64,000 nt of DNA from Candidatus Latescibacterota bacterium (GTDB taxonomy: Bacteria > Latescibacterota > UBA2968 > UBA8231). The notes under the pieces are model-generated. The model did not search any database and was not told the origin of the DNA. It saw only the letters and a list, made by a program, of their open reading frames with translations. Shown piece after piece: positions 20,265-30,228 of this stretch. The stretch's first letter is position 1. The number at the start of each line of letters is the position of its first letter. The DNA lies in NCBI GenBank assembly GCA_965200315.1, contig OZ241362.1:4608001-4672000 (forward strand), read 5' to 3'. The translations under genes and the position numbers were made by a program.

Positions 20265-21275
20265 CTACCGTTTGACGAAGGTGATCCACAGCGGGCTAGC
20301 ACCCACGTCATGTTGCTCTAGAGGCGTCAACGCACCCGTGGCCGCGTCAATGCGGTACGAACGAAGCCGGCCCGACACTTGGCCAGCCGAATAGACGAAG
20401 CGGCCGCTCGGGTCCAACTCGAAAAAGCGAGGCGTGGCCTCAGTGGGATAGTGGCCTTGGGCCGTCAGCCGCCCATCGTCGCCAATCGCGAAAAGTGCTA
20501 GGGAATCGTGGCCGCGATTGGACCCGTAGAGAAACTGGCCGTTGGGTGTGATCTTTATTTCGGCTGTGGTGTTGTCCGTGCGATCAAACCCCTCCGGCAA
20601 GGTCGAGATGACCTGAAACGACGACAGCGTCCCGGCCTCCGGGTCGAAGTGGTGAGCCGACACCGTGCTGCCGTTTTCGTTGACCGAATAGACAAAGTCG
20701 CGGGTCGGATGGAAGGCAAAGTGGCGCGGGCCTTCGGGCGTGGCTGGCTCTATCTTGGGCGGATTGTTGGGCGTCAATCGTCCGGTTTGCTCGTCAAAGC
20801 AAAACTGAAATATCGCATTGGCCGGGTTGGTGTGCGGCACAAAGGCAAAGCGGTTTGAACGGTCGGTCTGGATGCTGTGGGCGTGTACTGCGGTGGGGAT
20901 CATTTGCAGCGGCTCGGCCGAGAGTGTGCCGTCCGCGGCCACGCCGTGAACGCCGACCTGACCCGATCCATAGTAAGACGACAGCAAAAAGGCCCCGCTG
21001 TTGTCCAAATACAGATAGGGCGGGCCTTCTTCTAGGCTCGTCTCCGCGAGCTTGAATAGCGTCCCCTTTTCCCGATCTATCTCATAGCTAGCCAGTTTTT
21101 GGGCCGAGCGCAGGGCTACGAACATCAGGGTCTCATCCGGGCGCACAGTCACCGCCCCGGGCGAGTCCTCCAACTCTATATTGGGCTGCGGCTCTAACGC
21201 GCCACTATCTTCGTCCATCAGGAAATGCGAAAAAAAGTTGCTGCCCGAATTTGAAATATACACGTGATAGGCCAT
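20265..21275 (-). CDS. pgl: 6-phosphogluconolactonase-like beta-propeller lactonase
   Basis: HAHSI, GPRHFAFHP, YSVNE, LYGSNRGHDS, PRFF; start ATG 21275 with GGAGG RBS. Confidence 0.88.
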   Translation of the reverse strand: MAYHVYISNSGSNFFSHFLMDEDSGALEPQPNIELEDSPGAVTVRPDETLMFVALRSAQKLASYEIDREKGTLFKLAETSLEEGPPYLYLDNSGAFLLSSYYGSGQVGVHGVAADGTLSAEPLQMIPTAVHAHSIQTDRSNRFAFVPHTNPANAIFQFCFDEQTGRLTPNNPPKIEPATPEGPRHFAFHPTRDFVYSVNENGSTVSAHHFDPEAGTLSSFQVISTLPEGFDRTDNTTAEIKITPNGQFLYGSNRGHDSLALFAIGDDGRLTAQGHYPTEATPRFFELDPSGRFVYSAGQVSGRLRSYRIDAATGALTPLEQHDVGASPLWITFVKR

Positions 21276-21296
21276 GAAAATCTCCTCCAAAAGGGG

Positions 21297-21869
21297 TTAG
21301 TGTGTTGCTTCTCGCAAGGCGTGCAAAAAAACGGCTGGATCGACCGGGCCGAGCAAGAGGGCATGGGAACCGCGCGTTGGAATATACGCAGCGCACGGTG
21401 CGCTCGTGCAGAAAACGTGCGCCTTCTCCCCGCTGTGCAGGTAAAACGCCCCTCCGCGAAAAAAGAACGCGCTGATGGCGAAAATTTTGCCTCTGGGCCG
21501 GTATTGGGGTTCGGCTGGCAAATTGACGACGCGGGCCTCTTCCACCTTTAGCTCTTTGTAGGTGAAGTGCTTGCCGTGGGCGCTGTTGCGGATGAGCAGA
21601 TAGCCCTCCAGCAAGACGAAATCCGTGCGGCGTGCGCTCAAATAAAACCAAGTAAATACCGAAAAAAAGATGATCAACATTAGCACGTAAGACGAGCCCA
21701 AGGCCACGGGCGCGGCGATGCGGGCAACTGGGCCATCCGGGTCAATGGCCGCGTAGAGTGCGAGGGTCAGCACGGCAAAAAAGACAGTGATCACGGCAAA
21801 AGACGCGGCCAGCACTTTGCCGAACAGGGCGGCGGACGGTGGGTGGATGGGAAAAATACGCGGTTCCAT
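21297..21869 (-). CDS. Membrane protein with bacterial PH-like domain
   Basis: Two TM helices then a soluble domain (GAFYLHSGEKAHVF, LLLGPVDPAVF). Confidence 0.6.
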   Translation of the reverse strand: MEPRIFPIHPPSAALFGKVLAASFAVITVFFAVLTLALYAAIDPDGPVARIAAPVALGSSYVLMLIIFFSVFTWFYLSARRTDFVLLEGYLLIRNSAHGKHFTYKELKVEEARVVNLPAEPQYRPRGKIFAISAFFFRGGAFYLHSGEKAHVFCTSAPCAAYIPTRGSHALLLGPVDPAVFLHALREATH

Positions 21870-21870
21870 G

Positions 21871-22719
21871 TCAGCCCGCCCTGAGCAGCATCAAACCCCC
21901 GGCAATGGCGAGGATGCCAATGGCCTTAACGGCCGTGAGCTGTTCCTTGAGGAAAATCCAGCCCAGCAGCGCGCCGATTACTACCGACGACTCGCGCGCG
22001 GCAATGATATAGCTGACCGGCCCTTGGGTATAGGCGTACAGTATCAGCAGATAGGTCACCAGCGAGCCCGCGCCAATCAAGATGATATACCCGTAGAAGG
22101 CGCGGGCCGTCGCCAGCAATTCTGTGCCGTGTCGGCGCACCACAAAGGGCAGGCGCAGGAGGGCGGCGATGATCCACATGCCGCAGATGTAGTAAATCGG
22201 TTGCACGTATCCTACGCCTATTTTGTCGATCAGCGAGTAACAGACAATCGTCAGCCCCACGCTCAGGGCCAGTTGCAAGCCCCGCGCTTGGAGCTTGAGG
22301 GCCGGGGCACCAACGCAAAAAATCCCCGCGAAAACTAGGGCAATCCCGCCCGCGCCCAACAGCGAAATGGCCTCGCCCAAGCTGAGATAAGCCACAAAGG
22401 CCGTCAGCCCCACGCCCGAGCCGCGCGCGATCGGGTACACCGTAGAAATTTCGCCGTGCTCGTACGCCCGCGCCAGCAGCGCGAAGTATAGCGCGTGAAA
22501 AACGCCCGTAGCCAGCAAGCAGAGGCCGGCCGGCCACGACAGGGCCAGCGGCGTACCCTGCCACCAGATATAAACGCACAGCGGCATGATGAACAGGATA
22601 CCAGAAGCAAAGGAGAGCCAGAGCACGGCCACATTGCCAGCGACCTTGTAGGCAGCGAAATTCCACAAGGCGTGGCCGATGGCCGCCGCCAATACGAGCC
22701 CCCAGACATCGGCGTTCAT
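21871..22719 (-). CDS. EamA/DMT family transporter
   Basis: HALWN, AYEHGEISTVYPIARG, YSLIDKIG, ARESSVVIG, LKE. Confidence 0.9.
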   Translation of the reverse strand: MNADVWGLVLAAAIGHALWNFAAYKVAGNVAVLWLSFASGILFIMPLCVYIWWQGTPLALSWPAGLCLLATGVFHALYFALLARAYEHGEISTVYPIARGSGVGLTAFVAYLSLGEAISLLGAGGIALVFAGIFCVGAPALKLQARGLQLALSVGLTIVCYSLIDKIGVGYVQPIYYICGMWIIAALLRLPFVVRRHGTELLATARAFYGYIILIGAGSLVTYLLILYAYTQGPVSYIIAARESSVVIGALLGWIFLKEQLTAVKAIGILAIAGGLMLLRAG

Positions 22720-22802
22720 TATTTTATAAAGGCAATTCGGGTGAGTTGGGCCGGTTGACCATAGCCAGATTGAACCATCGCGTCAAATGATGAATATTCT
22801 AA

Positions 22803-22947
22803 GAGGCGGTCTGAAAACTCCCGTTGGGTTGGTTGACGAGGAGGTTGCGTGGTCTTAGCCGCCGGCATTTTTCGAGGGCGAGACGCCCTCGATCCCAGAC
22901 GCTTGGAGCCGACAGCGAGGCCGAAACCCTAGTTTTAAGACCGCTTC
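22803..22947. mobile_element. Non-autonomous MITE, 145 bp
   Basis: Terminal inverted repeats GAGGCGGTCTGAAAACT / AGTTTTAAGACCGCTTC (15/17); TAA on both flanks (22800-22802, 22948-22950). Confidence 0.7.
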
Positions 22948-23045
22948 TAAGGGATGGCACACCCGAGCTGGACGGGCTCGCAGCGACGCCGACTTCCTGC
23001 GCGGCGTCTCAAGCTAGCGCAAAACTCAAAGGGACTCACTACCTA

Positions 23046-24017
23046 ATGACTACAGACACACCTACTTTCGCGGCGGTGGAAGAGGCCGCAGCGTTTATCG
23101 GTGCATATCTCGCTCCCACGCCGCTCGTCCACTGCTACAAGCTCTCGCAAATGCTGGGCTGCTCCTACTACGCCAAGTGCGAGAACTTGCAGCCCGTGGG
23201 GGCCTTTAAGGTGCGCGGCGGCGTCAACCTCATCGGGCGTTTATCCCCTGCCGAGCGGCAGCGGGGCGTCATCAGCGCAAGCACCGGCAATCACGGCCAG
23301 TCGCTGGCGTACGCCGGCCAGCTTTTTGACACGCCGGTGACCATCTACGGGCCAGAGCGTGCCAGCAATCCGGCCAAAGTCGCGGCCATGCGCACGCTCG
23401 GTGCCGAAGTCCGCCTCGTTGGCCGCGACTTCGACGAGGCGCGCGAAGAAGTCGAGCGCGAGGCACGCCGCACGGGCTGCCGCTACGTGCATTCGGCCAA
23501 CGAGCCGTTGCTGATCGCCGGCGTGGGCACCATGGGCTTGGGGATTTTTGCCGCCCTGCCCGAAGTGGAAACGCTGATAGTGCCCGTAGGCGGCGGCAGC
23601 GGCATCTGCGGCATCTCGCTCGTTGCCCGCCACTTGAACCCGGCCGTCGAGATCATCGGTGTGCAGAGCGCGAGCGCACCCGTCTGCTACCGGGCTTGGC
23701 AACAGCGGCGGCTCGACGTGGAGGCCCCCATGGCCACGCGGCACGAAGGGCTAGCCACGCGCGTGCCCTTTGCCATGACCGCGCACATGATGTGGGAACT
23801 CGTCGATCGCTTTGAGCTGGTCACCGACGAGGAGATCGACGCGGCCATGGGCCTATTGGCGCGGGAGGCCAAGCTAGTGGCCGAAGGAGCCGGAGCCGCA
23901 TCGTTAGCCGCGGCCCTAAAAATCCGCGAGTCCTTGGCCGGCAAAAAAGTAGTAGGCATCCTCAGCGGTGGGAACGCGCCCGCCGACCACTTAGCGCGGA
24001 TTTTGCAAAATGGCTAA
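23046..24017 (+). CDS. PLP-dependent threonine/serine dehydratase family protein
   Basis: KCENLQPVGAFKVRG, STGNHG, VPVGGGSG, EGAGA, LSGGN; no ACT domain; start ATG 23046. Confidence 0.88.
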   Translation: MTTDTPTFAAVEEAAAFIGAYLAPTPLVHCYKLSQMLGCSYYAKCENLQPVGAFKVRGGVNLIGRLSPAERQRGVISASTGNHGQSLAYAGQLFDTPVTIYGPERASNPAKVAAMRTLGAEVRLVGRDFDEAREEVEREARRTGCRYVHSANEPLLIAGVGTMGLGIFAALPEVETLIVPVGGGSGICGISLVARHLNPAVEIIGVQSASAPVCYRAWQQRRLDVEAPMATRHEGLATRVPFAMTAHMMWELVDRFELVTDEEIDAAMGLLAREAKLVAEGAGAASLAAALKIRESLAGKKVVGILSGGNAPADHLARILQNG

Positions 24018-25701
24018 ACAGCCCAAGCGCAAAAAGGGGCGTCGCCGGGGTGCCACCGCACGCGCCAATGCCGAGTTGGGTGCGCACATGGCATCGCTGG
24101 GCCTAGCGGCCATTGAAGCCTATAAGGTCTGGTGCCGCCAGCACGGATTTAGCGCGGCCCTGAGCAAGACTTGGCAGGAGCGGCGGCAAGAGCGCGCCGC
24201 ACACCAGCGCGACCAACAGGCTGCCCAAGCTGAAGACGCCCTGCGGCAACACGTCGCGCAACTGGGGCTCGGCGGGGTAGCCGCCTACCAAGCATGGTGT
24301 CGTCAACAGGGGCTCGGCGACGCCATCCACAAAAGCACAGCCCAGCGCAACAAGGAACTCAAGCTCCACCAGCACATTCAGAGTACCCAAGCCCTGCACA
24401 AGGGCCGCCAGCACAGCCGGCGCACCAAAGACATCATTCACCAACTGTGGGCCGGAACCATTGCCGAGGAAGCGCTGCGCACCGAGGTCTTGCGCCTGAT
24501 CCATCGGGCCTTTGTCGGCTTGGTCGGCGACCAGCGGACACAACTACGGGATTTGCTTTTACACGTAGAAAAGCGCGCGTCTAGTCTGCTCGACGCGCGG
24601 CCAGCCTTCCAGCGCTTGGGGCGAGTGGAGGGCAATACCTTCGTCGAGGCCCTCGGCGCGTTGGCGCGACACAGCCGCGCTTGGCAGCAGTCCCCGACCG
24701 AGTGGAAGCCAGACAGCCGCAATCCCCGGCGGCAATTCGCCGCGCTGGCCCGCTTCCTATTGGCCCGCTACGACGTGCCATCCTGCTTGGATTCGGTGTG
24801 GTTTGGCGGTTGGGAGCTAGAAGCCCAACGCCAGCAGGGGTGGTTCGTCCACGTGGGCAGCGGGCAGAACATCCGCACGGCCGACCTGCCGCTGGTGCTC
24901 TCCAAGCGCATGGCACACGTCTTTACCGAGGCCCCAAGCGAACTGACGGCGACCGAGGCGCTGCGCTGGGCGCAAGTGGTGGGTCAAGGAGGCAGCGAGG
25001 CCCTCGTGCAGGCCGTGATAGCCACGGAACTCGGTCGCAGCTTCGCCGACGAATTCTTCTGGAGCACAGGCGTGCTCTTCCTCGTCGAAAACCCCATGCT
25101 CGACCCGGACATGGTTGGGCCAATCGTCGATTATATAAATCATCAGAAGTACGTCCCCACAGAGGAGGGCGAGCCGCCGCAGCCCAGCTACACCATGAAG
25201 GGGCGCAGCGCGGTCAAGCTCCTGCGCCAAGTCGAGGAATGGCACGAGCGCCTAGCACGCGATAACCGCCAGCCTGGAGGGAGTTGGGAGGCGTCGGACA
25301 TTGCGGGCTTTGAGTGGATGGACGATAAAGAAGAAGGGCTGCGTTGGACCATCCGCGAGCTGACTTCCAAGAGAGAACTCACGCTCGAAGGAAGGGCGAT
25401 GAACCACTGCGTCGCCTCCTATGTGTCCAACTGCCGGCGGGGCAGCAAGTCGGTGTGGTCCATGCAGGTGGCCGATCCAGAGGGCTACAGCGCGCGAGTA
25501 CTGACGATTGCCGTGCACAATCCGAGCCGCAACATCGTCGAGGCGCGGGGGCGGTTCAACGCCGTACCACGGCAGTCGGGAAAAAACCCAAGGAACAAGA
25601 CATTGGAGCGGCCTTATCGAGAGCTGCTGGCACGCTCTGGTGCCGTGTTGCGCAAGTGGATTGAGGCCGAAGATTTGGGGCGGACGACGCGGGCGTATTA
25701 G
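24010..25701 (+). CDS. PcfJ domain-containing protein
   Basis: C-terminal EWHE..IRELTSKRELTLEGRAMNHCVASY..SVWSM..LTIAV..ARGRFN; duplicated N-terminal motif. Confidence 0.8.
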   Translation: MAKQPKRKKGRRRGATARANAELGAHMASLGLAAIEAYKVWCRQHGFSAALSKTWQERRQERAAHQRDQQAAQAEDALRQHVAQLGLGGVAAYQAWCRQQGLGDAIHKSTAQRNKELKLHQHIQSTQALHKGRQHSRRTKDIIHQLWAGTIAEEALRTEVLRLIHRAFVGLVGDQRTQLRDLLLHVEKRASSLLDARPAFQRLGRVEGNTFVEALGALARHSRAWQQSPTEWKPDSRNPRRQFAALARFLLARYDVPSCLDSVWFGGWELEAQRQQGWFVHVGSGQNIRTADLPLVLSKRMAHVFTEAPSELTATEALRWAQVVGQGGSEALVQAVIATELGRSFADEFFWSTGVLFLVENPMLDPDMVGPIVDYINHQKYVPTEEGEPPQPSYTMKGRSAVKLLRQVEEWHERLARDNRQPGGSWEASDIAGFEWMDDKEEGLRWTIRELTSKRELTLEGRAMNHCVASYVSNCRRGSKSVWSMQVADPEGYSARVLTIAVHNPSRNIVEARGRFNAVPRQSGKNPRNKTLERPYRELLARSGAVLRKWIEAEDLGRTTRAY

Positions 25702-25741
25702 GCGGGAGCACGTTGTCTAGAAGGGCATTCGTTATTTTTGT

Positions 25742-25872
25742 CTAGCTGTGTATCCCGTCCAATTCGGGTAAGAGTTTAACGCTTTCCTGTTAGTTGGGGG
25801 CCGTCCGGGCGATCACCGCAGGGCAGGTTTCCGTCTCGCTGGGATTGTAGGGAAGGTGAGGGATGCCGGCGG
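25742..25872 (-). pseudogene. Cupin C-terminal fragment with internal stop
   Basis: PAGIPHLPYNPSETETCPAVIARTAPN*QESVKLLPELDGIHS; overlaps in sequence with the cupin at 26859-27212. Confidence 0.7.
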
Positions 25873-26092
25873 GGACGGGAAATTCTACCAGCGCTTGGTA
25901 GAGCCTGACCAGTGCCTGACGGCGACTTCGCTCCGGGCCAAACGGCTCGGCCTCCACCACTATATCCACGTCCGAATTTTCCCGTGCGTCGCCCCAGGCG
26001 CGAGAGCCGAAGAGGATCACCTACTCGGGATCGACCTCGGCAACGATAGCTTGGACCATCTGATCGAGGAGTTTATCGGTGCCGGGTGCCAT
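25864..26092 (-). pseudogene. Minimal nucleotidyltransferase (MNT) antitoxin pseudogene
   Basis: MAPGTDKLLDQMVQAIVAEVDPE*VILFGSRAWGDARENSDVD; internal TAG, runs in frame into the cupin fragment. Confidence 0.75.
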
Positions 26093-26118
26093 TCCTCGGA
26101 GTTTTTGTTCATCGAGCG

Positions 26119-26553
26119 TCAAGCGAGAGGATCTTGTACATCAAGGAAATCGAATCTCCGGTAGTCGCGGTCGTGCGTGTATAGCCGACGCACTCCGTGG
26201 AAGCGAAGCAGCGCGGCAAGGTGTGCATCCGGCACCAGGTTGCCACGCACAGATGTCCCACCAGTCACGGATCGCCACATCTCCCAGAATCCGTCTTCCT
26301 CGGCGAGACAGCGAGAATTGGGCAGATTGAGCAGCGTCTCCACGTTGGCCATGGCCTCTTCAGGCGTCAGCGGCTCATCGAATATGGATGGATGTGTAGC
26401 AATGCGCAGGTAACTCATTATCGTTGGCCAACTCAGATAAAGCACGTCGCTCCGACTCATGCAGGATTCTAGAAAGCTCTTGGCTTTCGCGTGGAACGGA
26501 CTGGAGGCGTCCGACGAATAGAGAAGGATATTGACGTCCAAGGAGTAGCTCAT
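26119..26553 (-). CDS. vapC: PIN-domain VapC toxin
   Basis: LDVNILLY, YLRIATHP, GNLVPDAHLAALL, YTHDRDY. Confidence 0.9.
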   Translation of the reverse strand: MSYSLDVNILLYSSDASSPFHAKAKSFLESCMSRSDVLYLSWPTIMSYLRIATHPSIFDEPLTPEEAMANVETLLNLPNSRCLAEEDGFWEMWRSVTGGTSVRGNLVPDAHLAALLRFHGVRRLYTHDRDYRRFDFLDVQDPLA

Positions 26554-26559
26554 GGGGGA

Positions 26560-26787
26560 TCATCGGTCTAAGGAGCGATGCACGGCTTCCTTGTCGGAGA
26601 GATTGACGCGTGCGCCCATCGGCTTTGCGATCCAGACCGGAGGCGCAGTGGGGGTGGGGGCAGCGTCCTCCTTCAGCGCACGCGCCAGCAGGTCGGATGC
26701 GAGCCGGCCCAAGGACTTGCCTTCCTTGGTTTGGAGCCGCTTCAACTCCCGGAGGACTGGATCGTCGATATCGAGTGTCGTTCTCAT
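26560..26787 (-). CDS. vapB: VapB-type antitoxin
   Basis: MRTTLDIDD..KSLGRLASDLL N-terminal RHH; directly upstream of the PIN gene; AGGAG RBS. Confidence 0.85.
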   Translation of the reverse strand: MRTTLDIDDPVLRELKRLQTKEGKSLGRLASDLLARALKEDAAPTPTAPPVWIAKPMGARVNLSDKEAVHRSLDR

Positions 26788-26858
26788 GGGATGCTCCTGT
26801 TATATACATCAAATGATAATATATTTGATGCGGTGATGCAAAGAACGGCACGACTGCA

Positions 26859-27212
26859 TCACTCTACCTCTTTGAGCAGGGGGCCGTCCGAGTCGCTGGG
26901 ATTGTAGGGAAAGTGAGGGACGCCGGCGGGAATACAAATAAAGTCGCCGCTGTTGATGGCTACATGCTCCTCCAGTTGCTCGCCATACCACATTCCAGCT
27001 TGGCCGCTAATGACATAAATAGCGGTTTCGTGGTTTTCGTGCAGGTGGGCCTTGGCCCGTTTTTTAGGAGGCATGTTCAGCAGGTGTAGGCAAATCCCCT
27101 GCGAGCCGGTAGTCTCGGCGGCGATCCCTGAGACATAGGTGAGAGCCTGTTTGCCTTCGTAGGTTCCGCGGCGGCGAATCACTTTGCAGGTTGGCTTGGG
27201 GTGCTCTGACAT
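26859..27212 (-). pseudogene. RmlC-like cupin, C-terminally truncated
   Basis: AHLHENHETAIY, GDFICIPAGVPHFPYNPS; the expected tail is found only in the fragment at 25742-25872. Confidence 0.7.
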
Positions 27213-27249
27213 TGTTTTCCTCTGTGAGCTTGGAGTAAAAGGGTACGGG

Positions 27250-27382
27250 CCAGATCGACATCCGAATCTTCCCGCGCATCGCCGCGAGCGCGAGAGCCGA
27301 AGAGGATCACCTGCTCGGGATCAACCTCGGTGACGATGGCTTGGATCATCTGGTCGAGAAGATCGTCGGTAACTTGTGGCAT
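27250..27382 (-). pseudogene. MNT nucleotidyltransferase N-terminal fragment
   Basis: MPQVTDDLLDQMIQAIVTEVDPEQVILFGSRARGDAREDSDVDL, then loses similarity; paralogous to 25864-26092. Confidence 0.72.
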
Positions 27383-27432
27383 TCCTCTACCTCGCGGATC
27401 ATATCTGCCGGGTCCTAGCGCCAACTCTCCAC

Positions 27433-30030
27433 TCAAGACGCCAACCCGTCGAGCAGGTACTGCTGTATCCGCTCGAGTTCCTCGCGGTTGGCAATTTTTT
27501 GCCCCTCGGCATTGACGATGTAGAAGGCGTCTTGCGCCCGCGCCGCCACCGTATTGATAATGGCGCGGTGGATGTCGAGTTCCAACTCGTCGAGCAGGTA
27601 CGCGATTCTGTACAGCAGGCCCACGGTATCTTGGGCTTCGATATCGACGACCGTGTAGCGGGCTGAAATGTGATTGTCGAACGCAATGCGCGGCGGCTGA
27701 TCGTACTGCCGCTGCCGACGGCGGCGGTCCCAACTGCTGCTGTAGCGCGCTATCAAGTCGCGGGCCTTCAGCCGCAGCGAAATAACCTCGGCTACTCGCT
27801 CGTGCATGCGCTCCTTCTTCCAGTCGGGCAGCACCGGACTGCCGTCGATGTTGGTCACCTGAAAAATGTCGAGCACCACATCGTCGGCGCGGGTATTTAC
27901 ATCCGCGCGGAGAATGTTGATGTCGTTGACGGCCAAGGCACCGCAGATTTTGGCCATGATCTGGCGCTGGTCGCGGGTGCAGATGACGATCTCAGTGTGC
28001 CCTTCGTGCTCGATGAATTCCAAGACAAAAGGCTGCTCCCGGCTCAGGCGGGCGATCATCTCCAGATGTACCTTGATCTGTGTGCGATTGTAGGCCACCA
28101 AATAGCTGGGGGATAGCTGATCGATGTGCTCTTGGAACTGGACGACGCGCTGGGCCGGCCAGTGGCCTTCGATGTGATCGAGGTGCTCGTCGAGTTTCTG
28201 GCGTACGCGCTGTTTGGCCTCTAGGGCCTCCCGGTCCGAGTGTAGTTGCTCGGCCGTCTTGTAGTACAATTCCCACAGCAAGGCTCCTTGCCAGTCGGTC
28301 CATGCGTCGGGCGCAACCGCCGACAGGTCGGCGTATGAAACCAAGTAGAGAGCACGCAGCCATTCCGCGTTGGCGAAGAGCCTGGCGAACTCGGCGATCA
28401 TCTCGTAGTCGTCGAGATTGCGCCGCCTAGAGATCAGGACCATGTCTTGGTGGTGCTCCACGAGGAAGCGCAGCATGGCCCGCTCCTCTGGAGACAGCCC
28501 CATCCGCTCGCTCAGCTCCTCGGTCATCTCAATGCCGCGCGTGATGTGGTCGTCGCGCTTCCACTTGCCCACGTCATGCAAGAGCACGGCGAAGAACAAC
28601 AGGTCGCGGCGCGTGCATTGGGCGAGGATCGCCGACATGGCCCCTTCCTGCTGACCAAGAGTTTCCAAATTTTCCAGCGCGACCAGCGTGTGCTCATCGA
28701 CCGTGTAAATGTGGTAAATGTCGTATTGGACCAAACAGGTCAGCCGCCCGAACTCAGGCAAGTACGCGCCCAAGACGCCTAGGTCGTGCATGCGCCGGAG
28801 GGTGCGCGCTGTGTGGTATTTGCGCTTGAGTATCTTGAGGAACAAGTCGCGGGCCGCTGGCCGGCGTCTGAATGCGTCGTCGATCAACGGCAGACTAGCG
28901 CGCACCGCGCACTGGGCTTGATCGCTCAACTCCAAGTTCTTGGTCTGAGCCGTGAGGAAAATTTTTAGCAGGCGCAGGGGATCGGCGGCAAAGTACGCTT
29001 CATCGTTAGCGAGGACGATCTCCCCTTCCACCGCAGCTACGCCGCGCTCTAGATACATGCTGCGGCTGCTGTTGCGCGGCTTGTGAGTCAGCCGCTCGAA
29101 GGCCCGTTCTACTAGGTGGTACACGGTGCGCGCATGGAGGTAGTAATCGCGCATAAAGCACTCAGCCGCCAGCTCGTGTCCCTCGTCATAGCCCAAGGCC
29201 GCCGCGATCTGCGGCTTGAGGTCGTGCTCTAGCACGTCGCGCTTGCGGCCCACGGCAAAGTGGAGCGCGTGTCGCACCCGCCAGAGAAAGGCGCGGCTGC
29301 GGGCGAGACTGTCCCTACCGCCATCGAGATACTGGGCATACAAATCGCCGCAGTCAGCCGTTTTGACCTTGGCCTTGAGTGCCCATTCAAACATCTGTAT
29401 CTCGCGCAGACCCCCGGGACTTTCCTTGACATTCGGCTCTAAAAGCTGAACCGATTGCCGCGCTTCGTGCTGCTGCTGGCGCAGCCGATTCAGCTCGGCG
29501 ACCGTGCGCTTGGGCACGCGCTTGTAGAGCCGATTTTGGAACTGGGCGAAAAGCGCGGCGTCGCCGGCCAGCAGGCGGCCGTCCATCATCGCGGTGCGCG
29601 ATTCCAGATCTTCGCGCACTGCCCGAACCACATCGTCTAGCGTGCGACTGCTGTGCCCCACCTCAAACCCCAAGTCCCACAGCGGATTGAACACACCAGC
29701 GACGACTGCGGGCACTTTGTCTTGGCTCTTGGCGAACAGGAACAGCAAGTCAACGTCAGAGTGCGGTGCCATTTCGCAGCGGCCGTACCCGCCTAGCGCC
29801 ACCAGCGCGTGCGGACCGGCCGTCTGGGGCATGGCGCTCTGGTAGATAGACAGCACCACCGCGTCCATAGCCTCGGCGATCCGCCGGGCTACTACCTGCC
29901 CATCGGCCCCGGCTTGGTGCTCGGCTTCAATGCTTGCAAGGGCCTCGCTCCACAGCGGTCGCAGGGCTTCTCCCATCGGTGCGCGAGGCATCTCTTTCAG
30001 CGATTCGGCAAATGTTTCTACAAATCCCAT
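27433..30030 (-). CDS. glnD: PII uridylyltransferase/uridylyl-removing enzyme
   Basis: LGGYGR..PHSDVDL, EPNVKESPGGLRE, HIYTVDEH, LLHDVGK (HD), two C-terminal ACT domains. Confidence 0.95.
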   Translation of the reverse strand: MGFVETFAESLKEMPRAPMGEALRPLWSEALASIEAEHQAGADGQVVARRIAEAMDAVVLSIYQSAMPQTAGPHALVALGGYGRCEMAPHSDVDLLFLFAKSQDKVPAVVAGVFNPLWDLGFEVGHSSRTLDDVVRAVREDLESRTAMMDGRLLAGDAALFAQFQNRLYKRVPKRTVAELNRLRQQQHEARQSVQLLEPNVKESPGGLREIQMFEWALKAKVKTADCGDLYAQYLDGGRDSLARSRAFLWRVRHALHFAVGRKRDVLEHDLKPQIAAALGYDEGHELAAECFMRDYYLHARTVYHLVERAFERLTHKPRNSSRSMYLERGVAAVEGEIVLANDEAYFAADPLRLLKIFLTAQTKNLELSDQAQCAVRASLPLIDDAFRRRPAARDLFLKILKRKYHTARTLRRMHDLGVLGAYLPEFGRLTCLVQYDIYHIYTVDEHTLVALENLETLGQQEGAMSAILAQCTRRDLLFFAVLLHDVGKWKRDDHITRGIEMTEELSERMGLSPEERAMLRFLVEHHQDMVLISRRRNLDDYEMIAEFARLFANAEWLRALYLVSYADLSAVAPDAWTDWQGALLWELYYKTAEQLHSDREALEAKQRVRQKLDEHLDHIEGHWPAQRVVQFQEHIDQLSPSYLVAYNRTQIKVHLEMIARLSREQPFVLEFIEHEGHTEIVICTRDQRQIMAKICGALAVNDINILRADVNTRADDVVLDIFQVTNIDGSPVLPDWKKERMHERVAEVISLRLKARDLIARYSSSWDRRRRQRQYDQPPRIAFDNHISARYTVVDIEAQDTVGLLYRIAYLLDELELDIHRAIINTVAARAQDAFYIVNAEGQKIANREELERIQQYLLDGLAS

Positions 30031-30106
30031 AGCTTTTCCAAATCCACTAAATATACGGCGAAGTCGAGCGCAAAAAAGCCCTCTGCGTTGAGCAACTTAA
30101 ATTGTC

Positions 30107-30183
30107 TTGACAGATGGAAATACTGCTTATACTTTTGTTTGGTATATAGAACAAAAGATTATAAAAGAAAACTTTGGTTCTAT
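30107..30183 (+). promoter_or_regulatory. Sigma70-like promoter with overlapping palindromic operator candidates
   Basis: TTGACA (30107)-N15-TATACT (30128); IR CTTTTGTT-N10-AACAAAAG (30132-30157); IR ATAGAACAAAAG-N14-CTTTGGTTCTAT (30146-30183). Confidence 0.45.
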
Positions 30184-30228
30184 TAACAGAAAATATGTAA
30201 TGGTGATACAACGGCCTTCCACCCAATC

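Noticed and set aside
30031-30228. Canonical Fur box
   Set aside because: No close match to GATAATGATAATCATTATC
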